Source of the DNA: Actinomycetota bacterium
GTDB taxonomy: Bacteria > Actinomycetota > Actinomycetes > S36-B12 > UBA5976
Assembly: GCA_026393095.1 (NCBI GenBank)
Contig: JAPLAV010000019.1
Coordinates: 1 to 53,110 of the forward strand
Length of the DNA: 53,110 nucleotides
Direction: 5' to 3'
Both the position numbers and the translations under genes were made by a program. Positions 48,597 to 53,110 of the stretch are shown one piece after another; positions within the stretch are counted from its first letter, which is position 1, and each line of letters starts with the position of its first letter. Below the pieces are notes generated by a model that saw only the letters and a list, made by a program, of their open reading frames with translations, made no database searches and was not told where the DNA came from.

Positions 48597-50381
48597 ATGG
48601 CTAAATCTGGCTCACAAAAACTTTCAATTACAAAAATACTTATTGCCAATCGTGGTGAAATTGCTGTTCGTATAGCAAGAGCTTGTAAAGATTCTGGTAT
48701 TTCAAGTGTGGCTATTTATGCAGATCCTGATAGAGATGCACTCCATGTATTGCATGCTGATGAAGCATATTCTTTAAATGGAACAATTGCTTCAGAAACT
48801 TATCTTTCAATTCCAAAAATCTTAGAAATTGCTAAACGCTCAGGAGCTGATGCAATTCATCCAGGTTATGGTTTTCTTTCTGAGAACGCAGATTTTGCAC
48901 AAAGTGTTATTGATGCAGGATTAATTTGGATTGGTCCACCACCTGCAGCGATTAAATCTTTAGGTGACAAAGTCCAAGCACGCCACATCGCAGCAAAAGT
49001 TGGTGCACCTTTGGTTCCAGGAACAAAAGATCCAGTCAATGATGCAAGTGAAGTTGTGGACTTTGCAAATAAATACGGTTTACCAATTGCCATCAAAGCA
49101 GCATTTGGTGGTGGTGGTCGAGGATTAAAAGTAGCCCGTAACCAAGAAGAAATAGTAGAACTTTATGAATCTGCTGTTAGAGAAGCAACTGCTGCTTTTG
49201 GTCGTGGTGAATGTTTTGTTGAAAGATATCTAGATCGTCCTCGACATGTGGAAACACAATGTCTAGCTGACAAATTTGGCAATGTGGTGGTGGTTTCAAC
49301 TAGAGATTGTTCATTACAACGTCGACACCAAAAACTTGTAGAAGAAGCTCCTGCTCCATTTTTAACAGATGATCAAAGAAGACAACTTTATGATTCATCA
49401 AAAGCAATTTTAAAAGAAGCAAACTATGAAGGTGCTGGAACTTGTGAATTCCTTATTGGCCAAGACGGAACAATTTCGTTTCTAGAAGTAAATACTCGAC
49501 TTCAAGTTGAACATCCGGTGAGCGAAGAAGTAACTGGAATTGATTTAGTGCGTGAACAAATCCGTATCGCAAGTGGTGAAAAACTTGGTTACCACGATCC
49601 AATTATTAGTGGACACAGTATTGAATTTCGCATTAACGGTGAAGATCCTGGTCGAAACTTTCTTCCTGCTCCAGGTCAACTAAAAGTTTGGAAAGAACCA
49701 AGTGGAACAGGTGTCAGAGTTGACGCTGGCTTTAAACAAGGAGATGTAATCGGTGGAAACTTTGATTCTCTTCTTGCAAAACTAATTGTCACCGGTGCTA
49801 CTAGAAAAGAAGCAATCGAAAGAGCAAAAAGAGCGTTGAGTGAATTTGAGGCCGAAGGAATTGCTACAGCACTTCCTTTTCATAGAGCAGTGTTAAACGA
49901 TGTAGCTTTTGCTCCAGTTGATGAATTACAAAAATTTAGTATTTACACAAGTTGGATTGAAAATGAATTCAAGAATGAAATTCCTCAATATAAAGATTCT
50001 TCAACTTCCACTTCTGAAGAAGAAAGATCATCATTAGTTCTTGAACTAAATGGAAAGCGAATTGAAATCTCCATGCCAAATGGTTTAACTTCTGGTGGAG
50101 TTAAACAAAAGAAACCTCCAGTGGCAAGACACCAAAGAACAACTTTGGGTGCTCTTGAATCTGATGCTGTTCAAAGTCCTATGCAGGGAACTGTTGTAAA
50201 GATTGCGGTTAAGAATGGTCAATCTGTAACTGAGGGTGAACTGCTATTTGTAATTGAAGCCATGAAAATGGAGCAGCCGATTTCTGCTCACAAAGCAGGG
50301 GTTGTTGGCGAACTTTCTGTTGAAGTTGGTGCATCTGTTGCTAACGGTGCAGTATTGCTAGAAATTAGAGATCCTTCCTAA
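48597..50381 (+). CDS. accA: Acyl-CoA carboxylase alpha subunit (biotin carboxylase plus BCCP)
   Basis: [36 protein letters not shown]. Confidence 0.93.
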   Translation: MAKSGSQKLSITKILIANRGEIAVRIARACKDSGISSVAIYADPDRDALHVLHADEAYSLNGTIASETYLSIPKILEIAKRSGADAIHPGYGFLSENADFAQSVIDAGLIWIGPPPAAIKSLGDKVQARHIAAKVGAPLVPGTKDPVNDASEVVDFANKYGLPIAIKAAFGGGGRGLKVARNQEEIVELYESAVREATAAFGRGECFVERYLDRPRHVETQCLADKFGNVVVVSTRDCSLQRRHQKLVEEAPAPFLTDDQRRQLYDSSKAILKEANYEGAGTCEFLIGQDGTISFLEVNTRLQVEHPVSEEVTGIDLVREQIRIASGEKLGYHDPIISGHSIEFRINGEDPGRNFLPAPGQLKVWKEPSGTGVRVDAGFKQGDVIGGNFDSLLAKLIVTGATRKEAIERAKRALSEFEAEGIATALPFHRAVLNDVAFAPVDELQKFSIYTSWIENEFKNEIPQYKDSSTSTSEEERSSLVLELNGKRIEISMPNGLTSGGVKQKKPPVARHQRTTLGALESDAVQSPMQGTVVKIAVKNGQSVTEGELLFVIEAMKMEQPISAHKAGVVGELSVEVGASVANGAVLLEIRDPS

Positions 50382-50389
50382 ACAATTCC

Positions 50390-50405
50390 TGTGTGACATT
50401 TCACA
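50390..50405. promoter_or_regulatory. CRP/Rex-like palindrome upstream of the sdh operon
   Basis: TGTGT-GACATT-TCACA is a 9/10 match to TGTGA-N6-TCACA. Confidence 0.5.
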
Positions 50406-50463
50406 TCAGATTGAACAACTTTTGACTATGCGTCACCACCCACTCCAGCACTAAACTCGAGCC

Positions 50464-51270
50464 ATGGCAATTAGCTCAATGGACCGCGGAGTTGGCTCAG
50501 ATACTCGCGCAAAGATTGGTCTACGTCATTTAAGAGTAGACAAGTGGTGGGTTCAACCAGCAATTTCAGTTTTTGTTTTAGTTTCTTTCATTATTTATTC
50601 CACAATCAGAGCTTTTGAAAATAAGTATTATTTTGCAGAACCTTTAATCTCACCGTTTTATTCCCCATGTCTTGCTACAAGTTGTGTTGAAGGCGCTTCT
50701 CACTTAGGTCAACCATTTGGTAGCTGGTGGATCTTTTCTCCTGCACTACTTATATTAATTTTTCCTTTAGGTTTCAGAATGACTTGTTATTACTACAGAA
50801 AAACTTATTACCGTGCATTCTGGTTATCTCCTCCAGCTTGTGCCGTAGCAGAACCTCACCAGTCTTACTCAGGAGAAACTAAGTCTCCTTTAATTTTACA
50901 AAACTCACACCGTTACTTTTTTATTGCAGGATTAGTGTTCAACGTTTTACTTACCTATGACGCAATTATTTCTTTCAAGAATGCTGAAGGTCAATGGGGA
51001 CACATGAGTGTGGGCACATTAGTTCTATTAGCTAACGCAACTTTTCTTTGGCTATACTCACTTTCTTGTCATTCCTGTCGCCACATTCTCGGTGGAAGAC
51101 TAAAGCATTTCAGTAAAAATCCATTGCGTTACAAGACTTGGACAATCATTTCTAAACTAAATGTGCACCATCCAAAATATGCTTGGATCTCATTAATCGG
51201 TGTTGCTCTGTGTGATTTCTATGTACGCCTTGTCGCAAGTGGTTCAATTACAAATTTATATTTCTTCTAA
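50464..51270 (+). CDS. Succinate dehydrogenase Sdh1-type membrane anchor (Rv0249c-like)
   Basis: About 5 TM helices, FRMTCYYYRK.YYR.FW.SPPACAV, SCHSCRH; directly upstream of sdhA. Confidence 0.8.
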   Translation: MAISSMDRGVGSDTRAKIGLRHLRVDKWWVQPAISVFVLVSFIIYSTIRAFENKYYFAEPLISPFYSPCLATSCVEGASHLGQPFGSWWIFSPALLILIFPLGFRMTCYYYRKTYYRAFWLSPPACAVAEPHQSYSGETKSPLILQNSHRYFFIAGLVFNVLLTYDAIISFKNAEGQWGHMSVGTLVLLANATFLWLYSLSCHSCRHILGGRLKHFSKNPLRYKTWTIISKLNVHHPKYAWISLIGVALCDFYVRLVASGSITNLYFF

Positions 51271-51279
51271 AGGGGCATA

Positions 51280-53110
51280 ATGACAGAAATTGAACGTCAC
51301 GACTTTGATGTTGTGATTGTTGGAGCAGGTGGCGCAGGGTTGCGTGCTGCAATTGAATCTCGTGCCAGTGGTTTAAAAACTGCAATCATTTGTAAATCTC
51401 TTTTTGGAAAAGCTCACACTGTTATGGCAGAAGGTGGCATTGCAGCATCCATGGGAAACGTGAACTCCAATGACAATTGGCAAGTTCATTTCCGCGACAC
51501 CATGCGTGGTGGAAAGTTTCAAAATCATTGGAGAATGGCAGAACTTCATGCCAAGGAATCTCCTGATCGCGTTTGGGAATTAGAAACTTATGGTGCTCTA
51601 TTTGATAGAACTCCAGATGGAAAGATCAGCCAACGAAACTTTGGTGGTCACGAATACCCTCGCCTAGCTCACGTAGGCGATCGCACCGGTTTGGAATTAA
51701 TTAGAACCTTGCAACAAAAAATTGTTTCCTTGCAACAAGAAGACTTCAAAGAATCAGGCGACTACGAGTCAAGAATAAAAGTATTTGCGGAATTAACAGT
51801 TACAGAAATCCTAAAAACAGACGATAAGGTGTCAGGTGTTCTGGGTTACTGGCGCGAAAATGGAAAATTTGTTTTGTTCCAATCTCCAGCAGTTGTATTA
51901 GCAACTGGTGGAATTGGTAAATCTTTCAAAGTTACTTCCAATTCATGGGAAGGAACTGGTGATGGACATGCTTTGGCATTAAAAGCTGGTGGAAATTTAA
52001 TGCACATGGAATTTGTGCAATTTCATCCAACAGGCATGGTTTGGCCACCAAGTGTTAAAGGAATTTTAGTAACCGAATCTGTACGTGGAGACGGCGGAGT
52101 TTTAAAGAATTCTGAAGATAAAAGATTTATGTTTAATTACATTCCTGCAATATTTAAAGATAAATATGCAGAAACAGAAGAAGAAGCAGATGGTTGGTAT
52201 GAAAACCCTGATTCAAATAGAAGACCACCAGAATTGTTACCTCGAGACGAAGTAGCTCGTGCTATTAACTCTGAAGTAAAGGCAGGAAGAGGATCTCCTC
52301 ATGGAGGAGTTTTCCTTGATGTCTCAACAAGATTAAAACCAGAAGTTATTAAGAAAAGATTGCCCTCAATGTGGCATCAATTTAAAGAATTAGCAGATGT
52401 TGACATCACCAAACAAGCAATGGAAGTTGGACCAACTTGTCATTATGTAATGGGTGGAATTCAAGTAGATCCAGATACAGGTGCAGCAACTGGTGTTACT
52501 GGTTTATTTGCAGCTGGTGAAGTTGCAGGAGGCATGCATGGTTCAAATCGTTTAGGTGGAAATTCACTTTCAGATCTTTTAGTGTTTGGTCGTCGTGCCG
52601 GAGTTGGCGCCAGTGCTTATGTTAAATCACTTTCAGCAAAACCCAAGGTAAGTGAACAAGTTATTGAAAAAGCTCTTAACTCAGCCCTTGCTCCATTTAA
52701 TGGCAATAGTGGTGAAAATCCATACACCGTTCACCAAGAATTACAACAAGTAATGAATGATCTTGTGGGAATTATTCGCGATGGCAGCGAAATGCGTGAA
52801 GCAATAACCAAACTTGAAGGTTTAAAGAAACGTGCCAAGAATGTAACGGTTCAAGGTGAAAGACAATTTAACCCAGGTTGGCATTTGTCCCTTGATCTAG
52901 AAAATATGTTGCTAGTCAGTGAATCAATTGCCAAGAGTGCATTAGTTAGAGAAGAATCTCGCGGTGGCCACACCAGAAATGACTTCCCGACCATGGATAA
53001 AAACTGGAGACCAAAACACGTTATTAATTCCTGGAATGGAAGCAGTGTTGAGACCAAAATTGAATCAATTCCACCAATGCCAAAAGAATTAGCGGGATTG
53101 TTTGACAAAG
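51280..53110 (+). CDS. sdhA: Succinate dehydrogenase/fumarate reductase flavoprotein, 3'-truncated by the window edge (absent from the ORF track)
   Basis: ATG 51280: MTEIERHDFDVVIVGAGGAGLRAA...KAHTVMAEGG, QFHPTG, HYVMGG, MHGSNRLGGNSL, EESRGGH. Confidence 0.95.
   Translation, partial: MTEIERHDFDVVIVGAGGAGLRAAIESRASGLKTAIICKSLFGKAHTVMAEGGIAASMGNVNSNDNWQVHFRDTMRGGKFQNHWRMAELHAKESPDRVWELETYGALFDRTPDGKISQRNFGGHEYPRLAHVGDRTGLELIRTLQQKIVSLQQEDFKESGDYESRIKVFAELTVTEILKTDDKVSGVLGYWRENGKFVLFQSPAVVLATGGIGKSFKVTSNSWEGTGDGHALALKAGGNLMHMEFVQFHPTGMVWPPSVKGILVTESVRGDGGVLKNSEDKRFMFNYIPAIFKDKYAETEEEADGWYENPDSNRRPPELLPRDEVARAINSEVKAGRGSPHGGVFLDVSTRLKPEVIKKRLPSMWHQFKELADVDITKQAMEVGPTCHYVMGGIQVDPDTGAATGVTGLFAAGEVAGGMHGSNRLGGNSLSDLLVFGRRAGVGASAYVKSLSAKPKVSEQVIEKALNSALAPFNGNSGENPYTVHQELQQVMNDLVGIIRDGSEMREAITKLEGLKKRAKNVTVQGERQFNPGWHLSLDLENMLLVSESIAKSALVREESRGGHTRNDFPTMDKNWRPKHVINSWNGSSVETKIESIPPMPKELAGLFDK

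Noticed and set aside
409-53108. Numerous 60-150 aa antisense or out-of-frame ORFs (e.g. 16572-17012, 32998-33363, 44937-45320, 52851-53108)
   Set aside because: All lie within well-supported genes and show no motifs; treated as shadow ORFs.
1-53110. CRISPR array, tRNA/rRNA, IS, prophage or defence system
   Set aside because: No spaced repeats, cloverleafs, transposase, integrase or phage-like genes seen; intergenic gaps are all under 200 bp.

Overview
A densely packed, AT-rich stretch of core chromosome from a streamlined actinobacterium. Gene content (mtrA-mtrB-lpqB, whiB, ahcY, secA, acc/birA/maf, Sdh1-type succinate dehydrogenase) points to Actinomycetia, and the low GC plus 0-4 nt gene overlaps suggest a freshwater Nanopelagicales-like lineage (inference). 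Left to right: (1) a nucleoside uptake/catabolism island (split ALDH pair, add, BMP-type ABC transporter, pyrimidine nucleoside phosphorylase, SDR, MtaD-like deaminase, MTI-type phosphorylase, cdd); (2) small transport and metabolic genes plus a degenerate ADP-ribosylhydrolase-like ORF; (3) an uncharacterised module (receiver-like/ParA-type ATPase, SAF protein, tandem Sm-like protein, Rv3235 family) beside secA-hpf-comF-lpqB-mtrB-mtrA; (4) ahcY-manA-trm112-pmm-DUF3499-whiB-manC; (5) a cell-wall glycopolymer locus; (6) degenerate purK, birA, accD-accE-maf-accA and the start of an sdh operon. I found no rRNA, tRNA, CRISPR array or mobile element. Best leads: a possible 5'-modified-nucleoside catabolic pathway, a PurK that has lost its ATP-grasp lid with purE gone, the tandem Sm/Hfq-like protein module, and DnaA boxes in front of comF. 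All family assignments come from motifs recognised by eye; no searches were run.
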